Under the pieces are notes generated by a model that had not been told where the DNA came from, did no database searches, and worked only from the letters and a program-made list of their open reading frames with translations. From Candidatus Avigastranaerophilus sp. (GTDB lineage: Bacteria; Muiribacteriota; Ozemobacteria; Ozemobacterales; Ozemobacteraceae), in the NCBI GenBank assembly GCA_045639725.1, contig JAZUDR010000018.1:1-48342 (forward strand): a stretch of DNA of 48,342 nt, read 5' to 3'. Shown here piece after piece: positions 1-9,904 of the stretch. Made by a program: the position numbers and the translations under genes. Numbering within the stretch: the stretch's first letter is position 1; every line of letters begins with the position of its first letter.

Positions 1-358
1 AGTAATGGCAGCAGTATTAAATGAGCAAATACCAGAAACCATTATTGATAAAAAAACAATGATGCTAGCTCACGGAATAGCTTTATGGGATGTTATAGCA
101 AGCTGTGAAATAACCGGTTCTTCAGATTCTTCAATAGAAAATGCTGTGCCAAATGATTTATCACCTATTTTTAAATGTGGAAAAATAGAAAAAGTATTTT
201 GCAATGGCTCAAAATCCTTTGAATTATATGAAAAATATACTTTTCCAATAACTAAAATTAAAGCAGAAAAATTGCCTTCTACAAGTCCTGCAAATGCCTC
301 TTGGAGCCTTGAAAAATTAATAAAAGAGTGGAAATCAAAATTAGGAATTAAATTATGA
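1..358 (+). CDS. DNA-deoxyinosine (hypoxanthine-DNA) glycosylase, UDG family 6, 5'-truncated by the window edge
   Basis: Motifs GIALWDVIASC..GSSDSSI, FCNG and LPSTSPANA..W. The family N-terminus is absent and the frame is open to the window start. Confidence 0.85.
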   Translation, partial: VMAAVLNEQIPETIIDKKTMMLAHGIALWDVIASCEITGSSDSSIENAVPNDLSPIFKCGKIEKVFCNGSKSFELYEKYTFPITKIKAEKLPSTSPANASWSLEKLIKEWKSKLGIKL

Positions 359-849
359 AAATTAGAAAATCTACAAAAAATGATATTCCTGAATTATTAG
401 AAATTTTTCAGGCTGCGAGAAATATTATGCGAAAAAGCGGCAACATGCACCAATGGCCTATTGGAACTCCTTCCGAAGATACAGTTTTAAATGATATAAA
501 AAATGGAAATAGCTATATTATTGAAAATAATGATAATAAAATAATAGCTACTTTTGCTTTTATTATTGGCGAAGATCCAACATATGGATACGTAGAAGGC
601 GGAAAATGGCTGAATAATGAACCGTATGGAACTATTCACAGAATAGCTAGTAATGGCACGGAAAAAGGCATTATGGATTTTTGTCTGGATTATTGCTGCA
701 AATATGTTTCAAATATTAGGATTGATACCCACAAAGACAATAAAATAATGCAACATTTATTAGAAAAATTTGGCTTTCAATACTGTGGCGTCATTTACTT
801 GATGAATGGTGAATCGCGTCTGGCATATCAGAGGGCGTATGCTATTTAA
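355..849 (+). CDS. GNAT family N-acetyltransferase
   Basis: 164 aa; IHRIAS..GTEKG acetyl-CoA loop and RIDTH..N..MQ.LL.K.GF.YCG. ATGA overlap with the upstream gene. Confidence 0.85.
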   Translation: MKIRKSTKNDIPELLEIFQAARNIMRKSGNMHQWPIGTPSEDTVLNDIKNGNSYIIENNDNKIIATFAFIIGEDPTYGYVEGGKWLNNEPYGTIHRIASNGTEKGIMDFCLDYCCKYVSNIRIDTHKDNKIMQHLLEKFGFQYCGVIYLMNGESRLAYQRAYAI

Positions 850-864
850 GCAGGTAAATCTCAT

Positions 865-908
865 TCACAACAAAAAGAAGACTCATATGAGTCGGCTTTT
901 TGTTGTGA
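865..908. terminator. Probable bidirectional intrinsic terminator between convergent genes
   Basis: TCACAACAAAAAG..GACTC-ATAT-GAGTC..CTTTTTGTTGTGA inverted repeat with A and T runs. Confidence 0.7.
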
Positions 909-978
909 GTTACTCTCTTGAAAAGTCATAATTACAAAGTAAATGTTGGCAACATGTAACTCAGCTTACAAGTGTCAC

Positions 979-1800
979 TTACTTATAAGTAACATGAGGA
1001 TGTTTTCTTGGAACAGTGCGTAAAAATTTTACAGCAGGATAGCCCACAAGCATGCAAGTCATAACGTCTAGATTTTCTATTCCAAGCCATTGTTGCAGTT
1101 TTTCAGAACTATTAATTACTCTTACCATGAAACCGCTGAAAAGAGCACCAAGCCCCTGAGCATTGGCCATCAATTCCATTGCCTGAGTAGCCATGCCGGA
1201 ATCCCATGGACGGCTGGGCTTTTCTGAAACAACAATAATTAAGCATGGGGCTCCCCAGAACAAAGTTTCATTTTCTTCATTGGTTCCATCGTATTTAACC
1301 GCTTTTGCCAGAATAGAAAAGTTCTTTATTTCGTCTTCACTCATCTTTGATAAATAAATATGGAAAGCTTCCCAGGCTATCTTCTTAAATTCTTCCATCC
1401 TATCCTGAACAATAATAAATTGGTTACTCTGGTAATTTACCGCAGTAGCAGTATAACGACCAGCTTCTATCATTTTTTTTAGCTTTTCTTTTTCAACTTT
1501 CTTCTTGGTATATTGTCTTATGCTTCTTCTTGATTTCAAAGCTTTAAGTAACAAATCTGAGTCTATTTTTCCATAGTTTTCGTCTGTATCCTCTATTTGG
1601 GATAGATCGTATCTTTCGTCAATCATTGAAACAGCATTTACAGGACAAACAGCAATGCAGTGCCCACAGCCCATGCATTTCTTTGCTGTATAGACAGCTT
1701 TTCCATTATCGTTTTTTATAAAAGCTCCCACACATTCTTTGACACAAGCGTTACAGCCAATACATTTATCACTATTTATGTTAATCATTTTTCCCCCCAT
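979..1800 (-). CDS. Nitroreductase family protein with N-terminal 4Fe-4S dicluster domain
   Basis: CIGCNACVKEC and CMGCGHCIAVCP ferredoxin motifs, then SRRSIRQY FMN-binding motif and C-terminal GYP. Confidence 0.9.
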   Translation of the reverse strand: MGGKMININSDKCIGCNACVKECVGAFIKNDNGKAVYTAKKCMGCGHCIAVCPVNAVSMIDERYDLSQIEDTDENYGKIDSDLLLKALKSRRSIRQYTKKKVEKEKLKKMIEAGRYTATAVNYQSNQFIIVQDRMEEFKKIAWEAFHIYLSKMSEDEIKNFSILAKAVKYDGTNEENETLFWGAPCLIIVVSEKPSRPWDSGMATQAMELMANAQGLGALFSGFMVRVINSSEKLQQWLGIENLDVMTCMLVGYPAVKFLRTVPRKHPHVTYK

Positions 1801-1970
1801 GTTTTCTGTGATTGTAACACATTCTTAACGGTAAGCAATCAAAAAATAAGTTTGATTTCATTGAATGACGTATTCTAAACTTAATTTTGGTTTTATAAAG
1901 TGATAAAATAATTTTGGCTAAGTTTTTAGAAGAACACTCATTGTTGGAAAGTATTGTTAAGGATGTATAT

Positions 1971-3011
1971 ATGACTTTATTGAAGAAACTTGGAGAATAT
2001 AGGAAAAAGACTATTACAAGAGCAGAATTAGAGGAATATACTGGGAATATTCCCGATGAAGAACTTTATTCTGAAATAGATATATGTGTTAAAAAAGGGT
2101 ATTTAGAGCCTGTTATATCTTCTAGAACAAATGGAAACAATCTATTTCCTATTCATGATAAATATAAAGTCATTTTACCAGAAAAGGATTATTCTGGTGT
2201 TATAGAAGATATTAAATCTTTACATCCACTGCTGATTAACAATGATTATTTGCTAAGTAAGCCTGATTTGTATTTAAAATATAAAAGTTTTTTTGCATGC
2301 ATAAATTCCTGGTTATTTAATAATTCAAATAAATCTGTTATTGAGATATCTAGAAAAGAAAGAGCTTTTGAAATATTCAATGAAGAGAAGACCTTGGACA
2401 ACAAAAGCTTTTGGCAATTACTCAATTCTATTGGTATAAATAAAACCATATTAAAGTTTTATGATACTCCAGAATATTGCTTTAATGACTATATTCCAAG
2501 AAAAAAAGATAATCTAAATTTAATTATCTGTGAGAATAAAGATATTTGGTTCAACTTGAGAAAACTCATGTTTGAAGAGGGAATAAATTGTTTTTGTGGA
2601 CTTAATTTTGATGGTGTAATTTATGGAAATGGGAATAAAATATCAAAAGAATCAGCATTGACAGAATACACCAGATTCTTAGGTTATGACTTTGATTCAG
2701 TTAGATACTACTATTGGGGTGATATTGATAAAGAAGGTTTTGAAATATTTAACAGAGTCGTGAATGAAAATCAGCGCATTAGTATTACCTTGTTCATTGA
2801 GGCTTATAAACTAATGCTAGACTTAGCTGAAAATAGGATTATTCCTGATAGTGATGATAATCGTAGTCATAATCTGAATTATAATTTTATATATGAATTG
2901 TTTGATGCAGACCACGCTTCAGAATTGAAGAAATATATTGAGGCAAATAAAAGATTACCCCAGGAAATAGTTTCTTATGCTCAGCTTAAAAAGGTAGTTG
3001 AAAAAATATGA
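1971..3011 (+). CDS. jetD: Wadjet nuclease subunit JetD (Toprim / Topo VI-A-like)
   Basis: Toprim motifs IICENKD, IYGNG and YYWGDIDKEG. First gene of an overlapping four-gene SMC operon. ATG 1971 chosen for the AAGGA RBS (ORF track starts at 1914). Confidence 0.85.
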   Translation: MTLLKKLGEYRKKTITRAELEEYTGNIPDEELYSEIDICVKKGYLEPVISSRTNGNNLFPIHDKYKVILPEKDYSGVIEDIKSLHPLLINNDYLLSKPDLYLKYKSFFACINSWLFNNSNKSVIEISRKERAFEIFNEEKTLDNKSFWQLLNSIGINKTILKFYDTPEYCFNDYIPRKKDNLNLIICENKDIWFNLRKLMFEEGINCFCGLNFDGVIYGNGNKISKESALTEYTRFLGYDFDSVRYYYWGDIDKEGFEIFNRVVNENQRISITLFIEAYKLMLDLAENRIIPDSDDNRSHNLNYNFIYELFDADHASELKKYIEANKRLPQEIVSYAQLKKVVEKI

Positions 3012-4549
3012 ACAGTGCAGTAAAAGAAATTCTAAATGGCTTTGAAAAACGAATTAAATTCATAAATGTAATACGCAGGGTATTAGACTATATATGCCCG
3101 AAAGATATTGGTCTGATGTTCGCTGATAGAATGGAGTTAGATAATCTGATTATTGCTGTATTGCTGTATATAAAAGAACGAACATTAGGTAATAATGAAA
3201 ACTGTAAATTATCTGACATAGAGGAATTTATTGAAGAAGTAACTTACGAATGGTTCCCGGATAAATTTCTAGACTGTAAAAGACTAGCAGCATTTATAGT
3301 GGTGACGGCGTTTCAAAATGAAGGTGAAATCAAAACATATGCGAGTTATGACAGTGTTAAAAATGCGTTTGTTAAAATGCCAATTCGATTGCTTGATGAA
3401 GAAGATAATAATTATAGACTTACAGATGATGCATTTGATTTCCTTTTCAGAACAAAAGAAATTGAATCAGAAATAGATTATTCTGTTACCCGCTTTAAAA
3501 TGAAGGAATTCATAAAGCGTGATAATTATTCTGAAGCTCTTGATCAAAGTCGTGAGCTTGTTAGCAGAATAAGAAGTATGAAACAGAGTATGGATAGTTT
3601 TCTACAGCGCTGTAGAGAAAATATTACTGAAATCACAGTAGACGAGTATGAAAAAATAATTAAAAAAATTAGAATTCTACTTGAAGAAGAAGCGAAAGAG
3701 CTTGAAGATATTAGTAAAGAAGCAAAACGCAAGTCAGAAAAGCTTGAAAAAGCTATGATAAATAATGTTGAAAATGCAACTATAGATGCTCCAATAACTG
3801 CTTTGCATCAGGTAATACAGAATATTGAAACTACCATAGAAGAACAAAGAGGCCTAATTAATAAAAGAAGTAATTTATCTGATTCTTATAAAGATATTCT
3901 TGAGGCAAATTTTGCTACACAATCTTTTAAGCGAATGAATTTTGAAAAAGATATAATGCAGGTTTTGCGAACGTGCAAAGGTGACCGGTTGAAGGATGCT
4001 GTTTCGTTCTTGCTATTTCCACTGACAACGCCAGCCTTTGAAAATTTGTTCAGTGTGGAAAATTTTTATGCTATTCAAAATCCTCTAACTGAAGATAAAA
4101 AGCAGATGGGCACAGATTTAGAAGAAAGCGAAGAAACTAAGGAAGATATTGTTGCCAGGAGGAATGAAAGAAATAAAAATATTTGCAAGGCATTATTTGC
4201 TTATTTATGTGATAAAGAAAAAACAGATGTAAAAAGTTTTGTGAATTCTTTGAGTGTTCAGGATTTGCTAGAATTCTGTAACGAAAATGTATTACCTCAG
4301 GCTATGCTTTCGTTATATGGGATGGGTGAAATCCTTATAGAGAACTGGAATAGCGAAAATGGTTTCAATATGAAGCCACAAGGGGAATTTGAATTAGCCT
4401 GGTGGTTGAAGGAAATTCCTGTTGAGCAGCTTAATATGAAAAAAATAATTGTAACAAAGTTAGATGAGGTTTTCCCTATTAGGCTTGTTCTTGGCGATAA
4501 TAACTGCGACATTGAAATGACTAATTTCGAATTGAGGGTAATAAGATGA
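3008..4549 (+). CDS. jetA: Wadjet JetA (kleisin, MksF-like)
   Basis: 513 aa; helical N-terminus, YRLTDDAFDFLFRTKE segment, then coiled coil. ATGA overlaps on both sides. Assigned mainly by size and position. Confidence 0.75.
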   Translation: MNSAVKEILNGFEKRIKFINVIRRVLDYICPKDIGLMFADRMELDNLIIAVLLYIKERTLGNNENCKLSDIEEFIEEVTYEWFPDKFLDCKRLAAFIVVTAFQNEGEIKTYASYDSVKNAFVKMPIRLLDEEDNNYRLTDDAFDFLFRTKEIESEIDYSVTRFKMKEFIKRDNYSEALDQSRELVSRIRSMKQSMDSFLQRCRENITEITVDEYEKIIKKIRILLEEEAKELEDISKEAKRKSEKLEKAMINNVENATIDAPITALHQVIQNIETTIEEQRGLINKRSNLSDSYKDILEANFATQSFKRMNFEKDIMQVLRTCKGDRLKDAVSFLLFPLTTPAFENLFSVENFYAIQNPLTEDKKQMGTDLEESEETKEDIVARRNERNKNICKALFAYLCDKEKTDVKSFVNSLSVQDLLEFCNENVLPQAMLSLYGMGEILIENWNSENGFNMKPQGEFELAWWLKEIPVEQLNMKKIIVTKLDEVFPIRLVLGDNNCDIEMTNFELRVIR

Positions 4550-5259
4550 ATAATAAAACTGGTAAGGTTTTCCATGATTTAATGAAGAAGGGCTGGATTG
4601 ATAGAACAGAGAATCCCATTGCGTGGGAATGTTTTAATGAAGAAGGCGTTGAAGAAGAACTTAAGACACTTGGAGATGAATTAAATTTTGAAACTTATAG
4701 AATGGGCGATAGAATATATATCGTGCCTACTCAGGAAAATGATTTGTTTCTGAAAAATAATATAGATTATCGTCGCGATATTAAGGCAAGCAGTGAAGTA
4801 AGGGCGGCTGATTTATATTTGCTTAATTACTTAGCAGTTTATTTAATATATTTGATATATAAGGGCGAGGGTGATAACCCCAAATGCAGAGATTATATTG
4901 AAAAAGAAAATTTTGTTAAGTTATTTACCGAACATTGTAGAGAAGTTGAAAGCAAGGCCTTAGGCGAAGAAATAGTAAAAGCAGATTATAGTGAAAATTT
5001 TGTTCAGCTTGCAAAAGCATGGTTGCAGAAACCTGATGGAAAGCCGGTTGATAATAAAGCTCTTGATAGTAAATTCGGTATTGTTAATAAAATCCTAATA
5101 AAGCTAAAAGCAGACGGGTTGTTTAATGAAAAAGACGGTAACAAGATAGAACCGACAAGAAAGATGAATGATTTGATGCCATATTTTTTGAAAAAAGAAC
5201 GTATTGCTGCTATACAGAATTTCTTTAATGGAGAAGATGAAAATGCCACAAATTTGTAA
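4546..5259 (+). CDS. jetB: Wadjet JetB (KITE, MksE-like)
   Basis: 237 aa between the kleisin-like and SMC genes; overlaps both neighbours. Confidence 0.75.
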   Translation: MNNKTGKVFHDLMKKGWIDRTENPIAWECFNEEGVEEELKTLGDELNFETYRMGDRIYIVPTQENDLFLKNNIDYRRDIKASSEVRAADLYLLNYLAVYLIYLIYKGEGDNPKCRDYIEKENFVKLFTEHCREVESKALGEEIVKADYSENFVQLAKAWLQKPDGKPVDNKALDSKFGIVNKILIKLKADGLFNEKDGNKIEPTRKMNDLMPYFLKKERIAAIQNFFNGEDENATNL

Positions 5260-8200
5260 ATGTAGAATTGTAAACTTTAGATATAACGGTGGCAAGCGCC
5301 TTATTGCAGATGAATTATTTGATTTTGGTAATGAACTTGGCTTAGGTGCAAATAATGCTTTAATCGACATGGCAAACGGCATTGGTAAGACTGTAATGGT
5401 GCAACTAATGCTTCAGCCTATTATTCCAAATGCTAAGGTGTCTGGCAGAAGAATAGAAAGTTATTTCCAGAGACCAGAAGATCATTGTTTTGTTCTTTTA
5501 GAATGGATTCTTGATAACAGCAATGATAAGCTTGTTACCGGCATTGCAATGGCGGCAGGTGAAGAAATAGATACGGGAACTGATAATGAAAGTTCAGGAG
5601 GAAAGGGCAGGCGAGTAAGATACTATACTTTTTATACAAAGGAATCTGGCTCTTCCGAATATGATATTGCTCATTTACCACTTTCTAAGAAGGAAAAAGG
5701 TGCTTTTGTGCCTGCTTCCTTCAACGATATCAGGGAATTAGCCAAGAGGGCTAGAAATCATATTGCAACTTATTCTGCCGATTCAAACCGTGACTGGGGT
5801 AAAAAGATGGCTGAATTTGGTATTCTTCAAATGGAATGGCATACCGTCATGGAAAAACTCAACGTAAAAGAAGGTGGCATTAGTGACTTCTTTGAAGATT
5901 TTAAAGACTCTGATGATTTGATAGATAAATTATTAATACCAACAATTGAAAGACGTAGCGAAGCCATTAATTCAAGCAATGAAGATAATAGTCTCGAAAC
6001 CATGCTGATGAACCATTCTATTCAATATGGAAAGCAAAAGGAAAATATAGCTGAACGTGATTATTATCAGGAAGCAAGAAATGTTTTACTGAACCTGAAG
6101 AATGAGGCTGATTCTGTTGCTAATATAAATTATGCCTTTGAAACTGTTAACAGTGATATATGGGGTTTTTATCAGGCATTGACGCACCGTAGGGAAGAAC
6201 TACAGAATAAACAGGTCGAACTCAGAAATAAATTTGATTCTATTGTTGAAGAAGAAAGAAATATTTATTGGGAAAAGGCTTCCGCAGAATATTATGCAGC
6301 AGAAAGCAGATTTGAAGAAGTCAATGCTAATTTTAATGCTGCGGTTGAAGCTAGGCAAAGATGTGATAATGAATTAGCTATATCAGAAAAAGAACTGGCA
6401 AAGCTTGATTGTGCAAAAATACTTGGTGAAAAGCTTAATGCTGAAAGTAAAATAAAGGGGTTTAATGATTCTATTAGCGAAAAAGAAGGCGATGAGAAAA
6501 CAAAGAATGATATAAGAAATCTACAATATTCAGTTGCAAAACAACTGTCTACCGCTATTCCTAACAAAAAAGAAGAATTAAACAAATGCGAAAAAGGCTT
6601 AGAATTAAATGAGAAAAAACTAACTGAAGCTGTTGAACGTGAAAATAAATTACTTGAAAAGCAAAAATCCACTCAAAGCAGATATGATATAATCAATGGA
6701 AAGCTTGAATTATTACAGGAAAATAATGATAAACAAATAAATAAACTCGAAATAGAAGCGTTTCGAATGCTAGATGGGACTTTTGACGAATTAACTCTTG
6801 TTAACGCTCAAAAGAAAAAATGCACTGAAAAGGAATCCAGCGAAAAAGAAGTAGAAAAAGCAAAAATAGAATCAAAAACATTAGAAACTAAGTTCTCGGA
6901 CTTAGCTAATTCTATTAGAGATTGCAGTGGTGACCTCAAAGTAAAAGATTCTAAGTTATCTGACTTACAGAAGGAAATCGATGATTTTTATTTAATTGAA
7001 AATAAAATAAAGGATATTTATGGTAAATATTCTTCAGATTATTCACAACGAGCAACAGGAGCATTGAATAATTATATAGAATCAGAAATTAGAAAAGCAG
7101 AAGCTGAGAGAAATAAGATTACTAGAAAACTAGAAAATAGTAATGAAGAGTTAGTTGCTGCCAAAAAAGGTAGTTTGCATATTCCTACTGCTGCAGTTGT
7201 GTTTCTGGAAGAACATAGTTACGAATATGATACTTGCGAAAACTATTTGTTAAAACAAGTAAGAAATGAAAAAATCTCGCAGGAAAAATGTGATGATATT
7301 TTGGCTACAAATGCTTTTATTGCTTATGGTTTACTGATGAGTGAAAAGCAAAGAGATGTTTTGATTAATTCAGACTTGGATTATTGGCTGCCGTTTGGAG
7401 TGCCAATCATAACCTATTCTGAAATAGAAAAAGTATTATCTGGAGAAAATCTGAATAGTAGAATATTGGCTTTGTATTCAAAGAAATATTTTAATGACCC
7501 TTCTGAATTTGTTTTTAAATTGGAACAGGAAATCAATGATTTAAATAATAATCTGATTTTAATAAAATCAAGCATAAATGTTTATAATAGTGATTTGAAA
7601 GAAATTGTTGATTTTGCAGAAAAAGAAAAGAAAAACAAATCAAGATTAGATGAAAAAGTATCTTTGACTAGAGAAAAAGTTTTATTGGAAGATAAAATTA
7701 AAAAACTGGAAGAAGAATCAAATAAATGTAAAATAAAGCAATCGGAAATTAAAATAAAAATTGATAACTTATCTAATGCAATAAAAGACGCAAAATTCTG
7801 GTTAAAGTCATTTGATGAGTTGCTTGCTGGCTTAAAAGAAGAAAAAATATTGAATGAAGAGTCTGATGAATTATACAGCAAGCTAAGTGAACTAGCCATA
7901 GAACTTGCTTCTGTAAAGAAAGCAAAGAATGATTGTGAAAATAAAAAGCATGAACTGATAGAATTACAGTGTTCGTTAAAACGTGATATAGAACTGATGG
8001 AGAATGCTTTTGGTTTTGTAAAAAATGCAACAGAAGGAGATCTTATTGATGGAGAATGGACCAGTCTTTATCAGGAACTTAGGACAAGATTAGATTCTTT
8101 AAATGCAGATATTAAACAATTACGTGAAAGAATTGAAGAACAGAATAAATTCATAGAAAACTATAATAAGCAGTTAAATGAAAAGCATAATGAATATAGA

Positions 8201-9619
8201 ATTTCGATTGAAGATTATGCTGAGATTAATTATTCCGACGGTAAACGTGATATAGCAAAAGAACTTGTTTCCCGCAATAAAAGGGAATTGGAACAAAGCC
8301 GTGACAATCTGACTTTTATAAGTGGTGAAAAGGGCAAGTGTGAGGCTGCTTTTGAAACTTCCAGATTTAAACTGAAAGAATTCGGTAACAAAGCACTTGA
8401 AAGGGACAAAGTTGGTTCTGATTTTGAAAACAGATTGAAGGCAAAAGCAATCGAAAAATCAAAAATTAAATTTGAACAAGAAGAAAATGACAAGACTTAT
8501 TCAGATACAGACAAGGTCTGGGACTATGCTGATAGATTCTTAGACGGTAAACCTAAGCCAGAAAAGATTTCAGTAATAGATTTGAAAACTATCAATATTC
8601 GAAGTGAATATAATAAATTAAATAAAGTTTATGAAAAAGAATCTGATAAACTGAAGGAAGCCGAAAGGCAGCTTTTGATTTCTATCCAGACAAAAGGTAG
8701 CAAAATAAGTGAACAGCTTTCTTTGCTAGGCGATTCTATTTGCAAACTTTCCTATTTAATCACTAACAATCCTGATGGAGACAGATTCTATACTATTTCA
8801 GAGCGCTTAGACAATAATATTGAAAATGTAGATAAATCTATAAATCGTATTAAAAGCGACTTAGAAGACTTTGAAAAGTCTAAGGAGGATTTGATCCGAC
8901 AGTGTGTTCTTCAGGCTAAACGCGTTTATGAAGGTCTTAAAGATATAGTAAATGCTTCTAGAATAAAACTGAATGATGACGTTTCAAAGCATATTCTGCG
9001 TATCGATTTGCCTGAATTTGATGTAGAAATATCTCGTGGAAACATTGCTAGTGAAATTACAAAGGTTACAGAAGAATTAGCCGGCAAAATGGCTAATGGA
9101 GAAGACTGGGCAAAACTTCGGACTCAGGCTGGCAGAATGGTTTCAAGCAACCGCCTTCTTAGAATTTTCTTAAGTAAAGAACATATATCCTTAGAAGCGT
9201 ATAAGGTTGATGCAAATCCTAAGTTCTCAACATATCGCCAATGGGAAAATACTCAAATACAGAATTCTGGAGCTGAAAAGTTCCTGGCATATTTTGCGAT
9301 AATTGTTTCAATAATCAATTATAATCGCACAAAAGCAGGTGGTTTTAATAGTAAGGACCAGCGTTCGGTGCTTATCTTAGATAACCCGTTTGGTCCAATA
9401 TCATCGCCTCACGTTTTGCAGCCTATGTTCGATATGGCTGAAAAGCTTAAGGTTCAACTAATATGCTTCTCGAATATTACAAAAACTGATATTACTTCAA
9501 GATTCAAAGTAGTGATAAAAGCTATTGTTAAGCAGATAGCAGCTTCTAATTCTGAACTGCTGACTCACGAAGGCAATGAGCGGATTGAGCATGGCTACTA
9601 CAAACGTGAGATTTTCTAA
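5243..9619 (+). CDS. jetC: Wadjet JetC SMC-family ATPase
   Basis: N-terminal Walker A (MANGIGKT), about 1000 aa of coiled coil with a central hinge-like region, C-terminal signature SGAEKF and Walker B VLILDNPFG. Start 5243 inferred from the GGAG RBS (ORF track starts at 5204). Confidence 0.88.
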   Translation: MPQICKCRIVNFRYNGGKRLIADELFDFGNELGLGANNALIDMANGIGKTVMVQLMLQPIIPNAKVSGRRIESYFQRPEDHCFVLLEWILDNSNDKLVTGIAMAAGEEIDTGTDNESSGGKGRRVRYYTFYTKESGSSEYDIAHLPLSKKEKGAFVPASFNDIRELAKRARNHIATYSADSNRDWGKKMAEFGILQMEWHTVMEKLNVKEGGISDFFEDFKDSDDLIDKLLIPTIERRSEAINSSNEDNSLETMLMNHSIQYGKQKENIAERDYYQEARNVLLNLKNEADSVANINYAFETVNSDIWGFYQALTHRREELQNKQVELRNKFDSIVEEERNIYWEKASAEYYAAESRFEEVNANFNAAVEARQRCDNELAISEKELAKLDCAKILGEKLNAESKIKGFNDSISEKEGDEKTKNDIRNLQYSVAKQLSTAIPNKKEELNKCEKGLELNEKKLTEAVERENKLLEKQKSTQSRYDIINGKLELLQENNDKQINKLEIEAFRMLDGTFDELTLVNAQKKKCTEKESSEKEVEKAKIESKTLETKFSDLANSIRDCSGDLKVKDSKLSDLQKEIDDFYLIENKIKDIYGKYSSDYSQRATGALNNYIESEIRKAEAERNKITRKLENSNEELVAAKKGSLHIPTAAVVFLEEHSYEYDTCENYLLKQVRNEKISQEKCDDILATNAFIAYGLLMSEKQRDVLINSDLDYWLPFGVPIITYSEIEKVLSGENLNSRILALYSKKYFNDPSEFVFKLEQEINDLNNNLILIKSSINVYNSDLKEIVDFAEKEKKNKSRLDEKVSLTREKVLLEDKIKKLEEESNKCKIKQSEIKIKIDNLSNAIKDAKFWLKSFDELLAGLKEEKILNEESDELYSKLSELAIELASVKKAKNDCENKKHELIELQCSLKRDIELMENAFGFVKNATEGDLIDGEWTSLYQELRTRLDSLNADIKQLRERIEEQNKFIENYNKQLNEKHNEYRISIEDYAEINYSDGKRDIAKELVSRNKRELEQSRDNLTFISGEKGKCEAAFETSRFKLKEFGNKALERDKVGSDFENRLKAKAIEKSKIKFEQEENDKTYSDTDKVWDYADRFLDGKPKPEKISVIDLKTINIRSEYNKLNKVYEKESDKLKEAERQLLISIQTKGSKISEQLSLLGDSICKLSYLITNNPDGDRFYTISERLDNNIENVDKSINRIKSDLEDFEKSKEDLIRQCVLQAKRVYEGLKDIVNASRIKLNDDVSKHILRIDLPEFDVEISRGNIASEITKVTEELAGKMANGEDWAKLRTQAGRMVSSNRLLRIFLSKEHISLEAYKVDANPKFSTYRQWENTQIQNSGAEKFLAYFAIIVSIINYNRTKAGGFNSKDQRSVLILDNPFGPISSPHVLQPMFDMAEKLKVQLICFSNITKTDITSRFKVVIKAIVKQIAASNSELLTHEGNERIEHGYYKREIF

Positions 9620-9695
9620 CATCCCAATGTCTGGACTGGTGTGGTTTAAGGTGCTTTTACACTGTAGGACTGTAGGCCTTTTCGCTTGAATTAGG

Positions 9696-9724
9696 TTGTG
9701 AAAATACGAAGATTGGAGTATATT
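9696..9724 (+). promoter_or_regulatory. Sigma70-type promoter for the GNAT leader
   Basis: TTGTGA-17 nt-TATATT; predicted start near 9731, just before the first hairpin. Confidence 0.6.
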
Positions 9725-9730
9725 GTTTGC

Positions 9731-9904
9731 AACAAAGTCGCGTCAGGTGACTGACGGGCTTGGGCGTTAGCCTAATTTAATTTACGGTGAATGTTGTTTG
9801 AATAACACTTCTAAGATGGATATTGTTCGCTGAACCGGGAGGTTTGCGAATTATATCAAACCTCCTGATTTGCCAAAATAGTCGAACAAACTTAGGAGGA
9901 TAAA
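9731..9904 (+). promoter_or_regulatory. Structured 5' leader, candidate riboswitch or translational attenuator
   Basis: Three 5' hairpins (first CGTCAG-GTGA-CTGACG, GNRA loop) followed by mutually exclusive stems, one of which pairs CCTCCT with the AGGAGG SD. Confidence 0.65.

Noticed and set aside
9661-9676. Tandem ACTGTAGG duplication after jetC as an insertion scar or att site
   Set aside because: Only 8 bp; no matching copy noticed at the left Wadjet boundary and no recombinase nearby.
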